From contig OX597816.1 in the NCBI GenBank assembly GCA_951406725.2, positions 87,668,001-87,732,000 on the forward strand: a stretch of DNA of 64,000 bases, read 5' to 3'. The DNA is from Octopus vulgaris (lineage: Eukaryota). This document shows positions 53,527 to 64,000 of the stretch, in pieces. The first letter of the stretch is position 1. Each line of letters opens with the position of its first letter. The position numbers and the translations under genes were made by a program. Below the pieces are notes generated by a model. That model did no database searches. It was not told the origin of the DNA and saw only the letters and a list, made by a program, of their open reading frames with translations.

Positions 53527-53968
53527 TGTATTATATATATAAATATGTATATATTGTATTATATATATATATATACATACATACATATACATGTATATAC
53601 ATACACATATACATGGAGAGAAAGAGAAAGACTGTGAGAAAGAGAGAGGGATTGTTAGATGTCTCCATTTATTTCTTCAGAGATAGACACTGTGAGACCA
53701 GTGATAAACGAAATGAATAAATTGTTTGGGGAATTGTGTTAAATGCTTATGTATTTTAAAAATATGTACCATCTCTATTGTATATGCATTTTTATACCAT
53801 TTTTAGTTATCGTTTATTGATTCATTTATCTGATTTTTTTTTCTTTTATTTTTCTAAATTTAAATATGTTCATACATTTTTTTGAGTATGTATGTGTGTG
53901 TGTGTGTGTATTTGAATTTTGTTTTTTATTTTTCTGATTTTTTTATGTTTTATTTTTTCCAATTTCAG

Positions 53969-54014
53969 AAATCACTTTTACAACATCAGTATGATATCTT
54001 TACAAGAAAACATG
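53969..54014 (+). CDS. Sema1a: Semaphorin exon B (46 nt, phase 2 to phase 0): (R)NHFYNISMISLQENM
   Basis: Long T-rich tract, then ttttttccaatttcag|A AAT CAC; donor ATG|gtaaat. Completes the split AG|A Arg codon and matches the ARNxxYNISLxxL motif. Confidence 0.88.
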
Positions 54015-54330
54015 GTAAATAAAAATAACGCTTATCTTCCCCAGCCCCCACCATCGCTATAATGTGCTTCTTTTTTTGTTGCAGCTGTTGTTGTTCTTTT
54101 GATTGGTTTTGATTTCTGACAGAAACACACACACACACACACAAAACCTTGGTAGATATGAACATACATACATAAAAGTATTTATATATGCACACTGCAA
54201 TACTGAGCAGCATGTGTGTGTGTAGACATACACACACACACACACACGTATATATATACACACTCAGCATTAAAATAAAGATGTGCTCACAGGTATTGAT
54301 AGATTTTGATATAAATACTTAAATACATAC

Positions 54331-54364
<34 letters not shown>

Positions 54365-54619
54365 GTGTGTGTACGGACACATATTGAGATAGTGGTACAT
54401 GTACAGATATTAAAATACAAGTATAGATGTATTGGTTTATATATATATATATACACATGCACACACGCACACATACATGCATATATGTAAATATATATTG
54501 ACATACATGCAGAAAGATATTAATATTCAGGGATAGAGAAATATTGGCATCCACACAGGCATTTTAATAAACACCAGCCATGGGCAAAATGCTGTCCATG
54601 GGGCTTTTTCTGGATGGCA

Positions 54620-54791
54620 TATCATCATCTTCATCATCATCTTCGTTTAGCGTCCGCTTTCCATGCTAGCATGGGTTGGACAGTTCAACTGGGGTCTGGG
54701 AAGCCAGAAGGCTGCACCAGGCCCAATCTTGATCTGGCAGAGTTTCTACGGCTGGATGCCCTTCCTAACGCCAACCACTCCGTGAGTGTAG
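54620..54791 (-). mobile_element. RTE 3'UTR copy
   Basis: catcatcttcgtttagcgtccgctttccatgctagcatggg...aacgccaaccactccgtgagtgtag. Confidence 0.85.
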
Positions 54792-55347
54792 TATGTAACA
54801 ATTAAACAGACAAACTGGCATTAGTAAAGTCATCCAGCTGTAGAAACCACACTAAGCAGACATGGCAGTTTGATGTGGTTGTCTGACATGTCAGTACTAT
54901 CCAACCCATACTGACATGCAAAAATAGATGTTAAATGATGATAACGATAATGATGTTAAAACTCTCAGTGAATTACTTTGCAAAAATATGACAACAGAAG
55001 AGGGGGAAGTTAGAGCAAAAGGACAATGTATGATAAGATATGAAAGAACAAGGGAAGGATTTTGCAACCTAATGAAAAATCACTTGCTTGAAAAAGATTG
55101 CCCATTCGTCACATACACAATGACATTGACATTGTGTGATGACATTTTGACCCACAAACATAGACAAGGTGAAAAACTGACTCACGCACACACACATGCA
55201 TGCATAGGAAGATCGTCATGGACAGTTAGTGATATCAACATAAGCATATACAGATATCAACATGAACATAGAGAAACATTGATGTGTGTGAAGGAGACAT
55301 TGGCATACGCAGAGATAACACACATATTTAGGCATATTGCCATAGAT

Positions 55348-55543
55348 CAGCATTTCTCAACCAGGGATCCCTGGAATCCTAGGGTTCCACAAAAGGCTCC
55401 TAGGGGTTCCATGACAAAGAGTGAGATAAGCTAATGCTAATTTCACGATTGTAATATTACTATACATGCACAGCATATTATTGGTTATTATGATATAGAC
55501 ATCATCCTATGTAACCTATTATGTTATCAAAAAAACATAACAG

Positions 55544-55593
<50 letters not shown>

Positions 55594-55713
55594 TATAAAC
55601 TATAATGAAAAATATGAGAAAGATATAGTATATAATTTTTTTGTGCAGGGGTTCCTTGTGACATGTAATTTATTTTAAGGATTACATAATGGTAAAATGG
55701 TTGAGAAACCCTG
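55348..55713. mobile_element. hAT-type MITE with internal (TA)n
   Basis: TIRs cagcatttctcaacc / ggttgagaaaccctg; 8-bp TSD ccatagat / ccataggt. Confidence 0.75.
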
Positions 55714-55989
55714 CCATAGGTGGTAGACAGCAGAATCGGTTGAGCATCTGACAAAATACTTTGTGACATTTGGTTACATCTCTTTACATTCTCAATTCAA
55801 AACTTGCTTCTCGGTCAACATACTTTTTATTGTTCTGAGGATGATAAGTACAGTCTAGACATTCTGGACTTGATATAATGAACTACAGCATTTAATGCAG
55901 AGTATGAGTTCCATGATGGTTGCTGTTATGTATAATGAGTGAATCCGTTAATTAAATGAATAAAAAAGAATTCACTTAAATACTTTTTA

Positions 55990-56752
55990 CACAAAGGCAC
56001 TCATTTTTTGGTGGAGGGCATAAGTCGATTACATCGATCCCAGTGTTTCATTGGTACTTAATTTATTGACCTTGAAAGGATGAATGGTAAAGTCAACCTC
56101 GGCAGAATGTGAACTCAGAACGTAAAGACAGACGAAATGTCATGAGGCCCGAAATTTTTTGGGAGAGGCCAGTCGATTAGCTTGAACTTAGTATGCAACT
56201 GATACTTAATTTATTGACCCTGAAAAAATGAAAGTCAAAGTTGACCTTGGCAGAATTTGAACTCAGAATATAGAGACAGACGAAATACCTATTTCTTTAC
56301 TACCCACAAGGGGCTAAACACAGAGAGGACAAACAAGGACAGACAAACGGATTAAGTCAATTATATCGACCCCAGTGCATAACTAGTACTTATTTAATTG
56401 ACCCCGAAAGGATGAAAGGCAAAGTCAGCCTTGGCAGAATTTGAACTCAGAACTTAACTGCAGACGAAATACCACTAAGCCTTTTGCACAGCATGCTAAA
56501 GATTCTGCCAGCTCACCACCTTAGAAATAATAATAATGATTTCAAATTTTGCCACAAAGGCAGCCATTTTTAGTGGAGGGGATGCGTCGATTGCATCGAT
56601 CCTAGTGTTTCATTGGTACTTAATTTATCGACCTTGAAAGGATGAATGGTAAAGTCAACCTCGGCAGAATGTGAACTCAGAACGTAAAGACAGACAAAAT
56701 GTCATGAAGCATTTTGTCTGATGTGCTAAAGAGTCTGCCAGCTCACCACCTT
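55990..56752 (-). mobile_element. Array of four Meta-domain SINE copies in the same orientation
   Basis: The aaagtcaacctcggcagaat(g/t)tgaactcagaac-type motif recurs at ~56090, ~56240, ~56420 and ~56650. Confidence 0.85.
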
Positions 56753-57281
56753 AATAAATAATAATAATGATAGTTTCAATTAGCTATAACCACAAACTCA
56801 AAAGAGAGGGCACATCTAATTAATCATGTCAGTATTTGACTAGCATTTTATTTTATCATCTCTGGAAGGATGAAAAACAGTCAATCTTAGCAGGATTAGA
56901 GCTCAAAAATCCGAAAAAGTACATTACTAAATGCCACATGACAATTTTCTCTTTCTCTCTCTCAACCTCTCTCTTTCTTTCTCTCTCTCTCTTTCCTTCT
57001 CTGTCTCCCCCTCTCTTTCTCCTTCATCTGTTTTTGCCACTTACAGTACCAGCTGCAACAAATGAAATAATGGCTATAAATAAATGAATTTTAAATTTTA
57101 TCAAAGCCAATTGGCAATTCCCTTATTTATTTGCAGTAAAATTGTCACAATGTAATTTGTTTTCTATCGACATTGTTATTGTAGTTCTTGTTTTTCTCTT
57201 CTTTAAAATGTCATTTCTTTCCATTATTCTTTTTCCTTTTTCGTTCAAAATTGTTTGTTTCTTTTCTTTTTTTCTTTGCAG

Positions 57282-57344
57282 CATTCTGAATGGAATGCAT
57301 CCTCATCTGCAGTTAACAGTTGCACAATTCGAGATAAACCCGAG
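57282..57344 (+). CDS. Sema1a: Semaphorin exon C (63 nt, phase 0 to 0): HSEWNASSSAVNSCTIRDKPE
   Basis: Acceptor cttttctttttttctttgcag|CAT, donor GAG|gtttgt. Supplies the conserved Trp and first Cys of the WxS...CxxKGK segment. Confidence 0.82.
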
Positions 57345-59129
57345 GTTTGTAGTTTCTCCTTTTATAAACCCCAATCTCTCTCCATTTGTCTGTTCTATCG
57401 CTAAATTTCAAACAGCAATATTCACAAATCCTTTTATTGGCTTACTGAACATCCATTACCGTTATTATTCCTCTTATTATACTTATCACCACTATCTCTA
57501 CCACCACCACCACCACCACCACCATTATCATTATTATCATCATCATCATTACTCTTGAATTCATTTGAGAATTGATGATGATGATAACAATAAATGCTTT
57601 TCTTCTTGTCGTCATTCTTCATTGTGCATCTCTTTCAGTAGTTCAGAAGAATGAAGGAACATTACAGAGAAGTTCAAAGATTTAACAAAAGCTAAAAAAA
57701 ACAACAAAAAAAGAAGCTGTCCAAATTCTTGAAAGAGAATTAATTCACGGCAATAATCTTCCTTAATTGAAAATAGTGGTTTAGGTGAATAAGATTGTAA
57801 ATAGCTTCTTTTTTTTTTTTAATTTTCATACAGGTATACTAGCAATGGTATATCAACACCTGCTGCAGAGTGCAAAACCATTTCTGTGAAATAAGAGTAG
57901 AAACTATCTCAGATCTCCCTCCATATTAGTCATTTCTCCACATAGCTCAAAGATTTTCCAAATTCTGTTTGAGAGGATGAGATTCATCATCATCATTTAA
58001 TGTCCTCCTTCCATCATGGCATGGGTGAGATGGCTTGACAGTAGCTGGCCAGTGGGGGAGCCAATGCCATGCAGCTGTGTCTGTTTTGGCAGGGTTTTTT
58101 ATGGCTGGATGCCCTACTTAACACCAACCATGCTGTAGAGTGGTCTGAGTGCTTTTTATGTGGTACTCGAACAGGCAAGGTCAGTTTTGGCATGGATGTT
58201 AAACAATAATGATGATAAATACACCCAGAAATTACACACACACACACAGAAATTACTGAAGTATATTGAATATTGACTAAAAATAAAATCTGACATGATT
58301 TGAGAAAGTTATTTGAAAAGAATTAGGAGTGATGAGAATAATTTTGAGACTATTAATGTTTGTGGGTTTCGATTTTTTTTTTTTAATCATTATTATTATT
58401 TGGTTGGGGTGAGTTGGTAAAGCACTCATTTTCAAATAGTCTGATCATAATTTTGATCATTGGTAACCCTGACCATGGTTGCCTTTTTTTAATGAACAAG
58501 TGCTTGGGCAGGGATTGAACTTACAAACCTTCATTTCATGTTCTAGTGGTTTTATCAGCAAAACCAGAAAGGTGAAATAACTGTTGTTCAATCATGGAAA
58601 CGTAGACATTAAAACAATAATAAAGATTACTACTGCTGCTGCTACTTCTACTACAACTACTCTTCCTTATCCGACTTTGTGTTCTTTTTTTTTATTATTC
58701 TAAGTAGCCAGACATTGCTACTCAGTTAACAACAGACAGTAGTTGGTTATTCCATGCTTTGACAATTCTAACCACTTTGCCAGACTCTCAAAATCACCAG
58801 CACAAGACTTATTAAATACCACTAGTATGACTTCAGAACATGTAAAGAATTGGCTTCACTTTATATATGGATAAACAGGAATGGAGCAGGAAAGAAAAAA
58901 CTTGAGATTTTTAGTGTATTTATTTATAGAAAACAGTTCTTGAACCTTTGGTTCCTATACTCTCATAGGGTACAGATACCTACTCTGCTCTCAGTGACAA
59001 AAACTGCATTTTTATAGATCATATTTAAAAAAAAAAATTGCAACAGTGTAAAATTCCATGGTGTTTTTGCCTTTTTGAAAAGGTTCTTTGTTGAAAATAA
59101 AATAGAATGCTTTCACATCAACATTTAAA

Positions 59130-59171
<42 letters not shown>

Positions 59172-59342
59172 CTCATTATCATTGTTTTAACATCCATTTT
59201 TCTATGCCCATATGGGTCAGACAGAATTTGTTGAAGCAGATTTCCTTTGATCAGGTGCCCTTCCTGTTGCCAACCCTCACCTGTTTTCAAACAACTAAAT
59301 ATTCAATTTGGTCAAATATGTATGTGTATATATCTATGTATG

Positions 59343-59391
<49 letters not shown>

Positions 59392-59848
59392 GTGTGTGTG
59401 TGTGTATATGTGTGTGCATATATATAGATAGATACACACATATTTGAATGTAGAAAAGAGAGAAGGCGTTTTGTTTATTTGCTTGAAACTAGAGAGTCAA
59501 TTTGTCATCTGAATGATTTACATATGGGAAGAAGTTCTGCATGATCACAGAATGAATCACCTGTTTGGAACAAGCGTGCGAGTGTAGAGACACAGGTGTG
59601 CATACACATACACACACACACGCATGTGCACACACACACTCACACATGCCTGAGACATCCAAGGTCTTTCTGTTGTCATTCGATCTGCTGGAAATCTCCC
59701 TTATATCACTCTCCAGCATTGGATAACGTTGTCATGGCTGGAATGCTTTTGATCATAAATCTGCTCAAACAGGGGCTGATTTGAGGTTAAATATCAACCA
59801 TTAACAACAACAACATACATATTCACACACACACACATATATTATTAC

Positions 59849-59879
<31 letters not shown>

Positions 59880-60328
59880 GTTTCATGGTGTATTGCACAC
59901 TGGTGCTTCCCTGGAGGGTTCCAGTATCATATCACTTTTTTCTATCCATAAAGGTGCTTGCTCCTTGCTCAAAGTAATTGTGGTGTGTTTGTGTATCTAT
60001 GCAGATACATTAGTGGGTGTGTGCCTGTCTGTAAATGTGTTTGTATAAATTGATAAATGTCATTTAGCTGGGAAGGTAGCCAGGTATCAGAGGAAAGTGA
60101 CTGTTTGAACTCTTGGTATCAACTGTCTCTTGCCTTTCACACACACACACACATACACACACGCACACACACACACGTATATATAGATAGGTAGATATGT
60201 ATGTATATCTATCTATCTATCTGTCTATCTATCTGTCTGTCTGTCTGTCTATCTATCTGTCTGTCTATATATATATATATATTGTCCAACCCATGCTAGC
60301 ATGGAAAGCGGATGCTAAACGATGATGA

Positions 60329-60373
<45 letters not shown>

Positions 60374-60884
60374 AAGTATGGGGGTTTAGTTCACAGGTGA
60401 TCTAAACAATTAGGTATGCTAGGTAAGTGCTGTAACGGAATACCAGAGTTCCAAGGTTATAGCTGAGACGGTAGTTATAGAACCGTTGCAGATTTCCAAT
60501 GCAGCTGATATATAATAGTTAAAGAGGACACCTAACATTAAGTCAAGGTGAACATCTCAAGTCATATACATTATTATTATTATTATTGCACTTATGCTCT
60601 TGCTTCTGCAACATTGGAAAGTTGAACTATGAACTTTTATGCTTCATTTTTCTTCTTCCTCTCCATCTACTTATTGTTTTACTCCCTTCTTCTATGTCGT
60701 CATCTCATTAATATATACCATTCTCATTTTCCCTATTTGTCTCCTATGATGGAATATCCTGTACATGGGGATATCCCAGAAACAGCTGTAAGACTTTGAA
60801 TTTTTTTCCAAATAATAATATTGTATACAGTTTGAGATTTTTGCCTTGCCTTAATGTTTGGTGTCCTCTTTAATTATATATATA

Positions 60885-61160
60885 CCATAAATCCTCGAGT
60901 ATAATCCGCATTTTTCCCCCCAAATCTAAAAGTCAAAAACCCTAGTGCGTACTATATTGTATATATGTTATATATACAATAATAATAAAGTACGTTACCG
61001 TATACATTTTTACAAACCAAGGACATTATATAGACCTCCTTGACTCAAGTTAGAGAAGGGGTGCGTATTATACACAATGTTTAGGCTTTTGAGAGGTACA
61101 GCCCCCTAATAATCGCCTGCGTATTATACTCAAGGGCAGACTATACTTGAGAATTTACTG
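60885..61160. mobile_element. Tc1/pogo (Tigger-like) MITE
   Basis: TA-ccataaatcctcgagtata ... tatacttgagaatttactg TIRs, with subterminal gcgtattata repeats. Confidence 0.65.
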
Positions 61161-61459
61161 TGTAAAAGGACATCATGTGTAATAGATACACAGAAGTAGT
61201 TACTGCTAAGAGTGCCTATGGAATAAATTTTCAAATGTTTAAGGGTTCCCTAGAAGTAATTGTTAAAGACTTGTTACCTAGGTTACTACATTAACAGTTG
61301 ATAGTTGCAGGTGCATAAGAGCCAGGAACTATCATTGCTTCTACTAGCAATGAAAGGATTCCTTTTCTAAATGAAGGAAGGGTGTAATTTTATGATGCAT
61401 GTATACAGTTTGTGTTGTTACATCACAGGGAACATTGTCATTGAATATAGAGGCTATTA

Positions 61460-61790
61460 ACGAAAGCTGGAAAGAGAAAAAGTAAACATGTTATAATGTA
61501 TAATGTTAGTGTACCTGAATGTTCAAATACAAATGAGCTGAATCAAAAGTTGGATGCGAAAGGTATTAGATGCAGTGTGCAATAGAGAAGACTGTGCTGG
61601 TACAGATACAAGATGCATTTGGAGGATGATATTTGGTTAAAGAAGTGCCTAGCAATCCATGTAGAAGAGAGTTGCAGAAGAGAAAGATGGGAATGATAAA
61701 AAGACCACAACAAATAGTGAGATGTTGTGCTGGAGAAGACCCATCCAACCCATGAAAGCATGGAAAAACAGATATTGAATAATAATGATG
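61460..61790 (+). mobile_element. RTE LINE 3' fragment, old
   Basis: Translates MYNVSVPECSNTNELNQKLDAKGIRCSVQ*RRLCWYRYKMHLEDDIWLKKCLAIHVEESCRRERW, then the ccaacccatgaaagcatggaaa tail. Confidence 0.7.
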
Positions 61791-61911
61791 GTGGTGGTGG
61801 TGGTGGTGGTGGTTGGTGGTAATGATAACAGTGTACATATAATAATAATGTTAATGATAATAATAATAATGATAATTATGTAAATTTTACCTTCTATTAT
61901 GTCATTAACAG

Positions 61912-62013
61912 AATTGTCAGAACTACATACGTGTTATTGCCCTTAATGAGACGAATTTGTTTGTTTGTGGCACCAATGCATTTAAGCCTATATGTCGGTC
62001 CTATGATATTGAG
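61912..62013 (+). CDS. Sema1a: Semaphorin exon D (102 nt, phase 0 to 0): NCQNYIRVIALNETNLFVCGTNAFKPICRSYDIE
   Basis: Acceptor cattaacag|AAT, donor GAG|gtaagt. Contains the diagnostic CQNYIR and VCGTNAFKPxC motifs. Confidence 0.96.
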
Positions 62014-62574
62014 GTAAGTTGTGGTTTCTTGTTTTATTATATATATATATATATAAAACTTATATGTTTTTTTTATTGTGTGGCATATCTCAGCCTATGA
62101 TAGATATCCTGTATCACAGTTTGTCATTTTAATAAAAATCCATTTGCCCTATATTAACATTTCACTGATCCAGACTGCTTTAATTAGGTTCACAACAAGC
62201 AGACACTGTGTGTACTTGTACAGCCTTTTGCTTAGGTCAGTTGGAGCACTGTGTAATTCAATGTTTAATTAGCTTCTGATATTTAACTGAAAATCTTTCA
62301 CATGAGGCATCAACTGTTTAGCCCCAGGTCAGCCGGAATGCTGGTCAAATATAGTGATTCATGAGGTTGACTTAGCCCCCCCCCCCCCATCAAAGCTGCT
62401 GGCCTGGTGCTTGTATCAAGCAATTTCTTATGGTGGGGATGACAAAACATTGTCGTAAGATAGTGGCTGAACAAATATTACCCTGGGTATTTTTATATGA
62501 AAGTGCTTGTTTTTCAGTTTTATCGATGATGTTGACATCTTTTGTTCACATACATCAGCAAAAGACATTCAGCA

Positions 62575-62735
62575 ATCTTCTGCACAGTTTCCTTCCACCG
62601 AATTCCACTCACAAGACATTGGTCAAACACCTGTGGCTTCAGTATAAGACACTTGCCCAAAGTGCCGAGTGATGGAATCGAATCTAGAACCATTTAGCAG
62701 CAAAACCAAATTTCTTAACCATTTAGCTATGCCCG
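62575..62735 (-). mobile_element. CORE-type SINE head, diverged
   Basis: ttccactcacaagacattggtc...agacacttgcccaaagtgcc. Confidence 0.6.
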
Positions 62736-63013
62736 CAAAAGAAAATTTATATTCTTCTTTGTTTATGCCATATCAGTGACAGAATATTGTCAGAATTTAT
62801 TACAACTTTGTAAGAGGATGTGTTCTTGTCATACATCCTTAACCAGTTAAATTCTGGTCATGGGAAATAACGTATCAATAAGGAAGTGAATCATCTTAAT
62901 GCATTTAAATACCAAAGATCTCCATATGTCTGTGTGTGTATGTAAATATATGTATGCGCATGTCTCTGCATGTGTATCAATATGTGTGCATGTGTATATT
63001 TATGTGTGTACAC

Positions 63014-63044
<31 letters not shown>

Positions 63045-63256
63045 GTTGTTTGTATATGTATGAATCTATCTATTCTTCTGTCTATATATATATATATATA
63101 CTAGCTTAAGTGTGTATGTATATGCATGAATACATACATATACATCTATGTGTATGCATTCACATATGTGTATATTATACATAAACGCATATTTCTTGAA
63201 ATTAAATATCTTATTCAGTTTTTTCTTTTTTTTTCTCCCCTTCCATTTTCTGACAG

Positions 63257-63344
63257 CATGGCAGTTATGTTACTCGTTACGAATATAATGGAGTTGGAAA
63301 ATGTCCATTTGACCCAAAGCATAACAGCACGGCAATACTCGTAG
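63257..63344 (+). CDS. Sema1a: Semaphorin exon E (88 nt, phase 0 to phase 1): HGSYVTRYEYNGVGKCPFDPKHNSTAILV
   Basis: Acceptor ccattttctgacag|CAT, donor GTAG|gtaagt. Contains the diagnostic GKCPFDPKHNSTA motif. Confidence 0.96.
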
Positions 63345-63817
63345 GTAAGTGATTAGCAGGCTGCTTTTCCAAGTTTGACATAATCGTAACATCTCCAGAA
63401 TTTTGAAACGTTTCTCAGATTTCATAAATTGAGGACTATGGTCCTGTCACTCAAATCCTGCTTTCTGCTAAGCCAAAATGGTAAAAGAGTTTTCACTTGG
63501 TTCAGGGTATTTTTGACATTTCCTGTTTTGTGTGGGTGTATATGTATGTGTATATATATATGTATGTATACACACACACACGTGTGTGTGTGCGTAATAT
63601 ATACATTTTATATATATATATATTACTTATGCTTTTATGAATCATAGCTTCGTTTGTTGTTTCCTCTGGGCCATTTACTGGTTCAATGAATTTATGCCAT
63701 ATGGTATTTTTCTGCTTGATTCACCTATTCATTGAGAATTCTTGCAGTAAGATACACACGCACATAAAATTCTGATCTTCTCATCACCGTTTTACTTTCC
63801 TCAACATCTCATCTTAA

Positions 63818-64000
63818 CCCTTTAGCATTCAGACTACTGTCAAATGTGATGCTTATTTATTTAGACTGGTTTGAATTTATCCTGCGTTATCTCTTAGCTT
63901 TGAGATTTCAGTGATATGGCTGTTTATTTTTAGAATGATATTGTAGAGTAGGTGTGAGAGGTAGGATCTAGCCAATTTGAATGCAAAACATGTAGAATAT
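63818..64000 (+). mobile_element. piggyBac-type MITE family A (runs off window end)
   Basis: TTAA-CCCTTTAGCATTCAG; body matches 49410-49615. Confidence 0.78.

Larger units (their letters stand above)
48499..63344 (+). other. Sema1a: Semaphorin gene (class 1 / Sema-1a-like), partial: five coding exons of the N-terminal Sema domain; gene extends beyond the window
   Basis: Spliced translation: (x)VGNGIEWFTRNETRPNHYRILMVQGDNMMVAAR-NHFYNISMISLQENM-HSEWNASSSAVNSCTIRDKPE-NCQNYIRVIALNETNLFVCGTNAFKPICRSYDIE-HGSYVTRYEYNGVGKCPFDPKHNSTAILV. It carries the Sema hallmarks (G/A)ARN, CQNYIR, CGTNAFxPxC and GxCPFDPxHNST. All four introns are GT-AG and phase-compatible (2,0,0,0). Family assignment is firm; class 1 assignment rests on remembered similarity to insect Sema-1a. 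Confidence 0.93.

Noticed and set aside
54928-55434. 168-aa ORF
   Set aside because: Starts in a repeat tail, crosses a (CA)n tract and ends in a hAT MITE; no recognisable domain or compatible splice sites.
57834-57893. Strong polypyrimidine tract and cag acceptor as an alternative semaphorin exon
   Set aside because: The phase 0 frame hits TAG at the third codon, the other frames end in stops, and there is no Sema similarity.

Overview
AT-rich, microsatellite-dense animal genomic DNA. The repeat families (tRNA/CORE-type and Meta-domain SINEs, RTE LINE fragments, TTAA-flanked MITEs, extreme (TA)n/(CA)n/(TAT)n load) suggest an octopod cephalopod; this is inferred from repeat content only. The only host coding sequence I can support is five short + strand exons: 48499-48598, 53969-54014, 57282-57344, 61912-62013 and 63257-63344. 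They splice in phase through canonical GT-AG sites into the N-terminal Sema domain of a class-1-like semaphorin. The signal-peptide exon and the rest of the gene appear to lie outside the window, so the first ~48 kb is probably one large intron. Almost all ORF-track entries are microsatellite or repeat artefacts. Most notable observations: (1) a decayed SSX2IP/ADIP-like coding fragment sits inside the terminal inverted repeats of a piggyBac-type MITE (Pack-TIR-like gene capture); (2) a minimal type I hammerhead ribozyme motif with a compensatory U3-A8 core lies on the minus strand; (3) a 57-bp unique sequence is copied exactly 4.5 kb away; (4) TTAA MITEs repeatedly stack on one another; (5) BovB-like RTE and R4/Dong-like LINE fragments are present. 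Repeat boundaries were read by eye and are approximate unless TSDs/TIRs are quoted.
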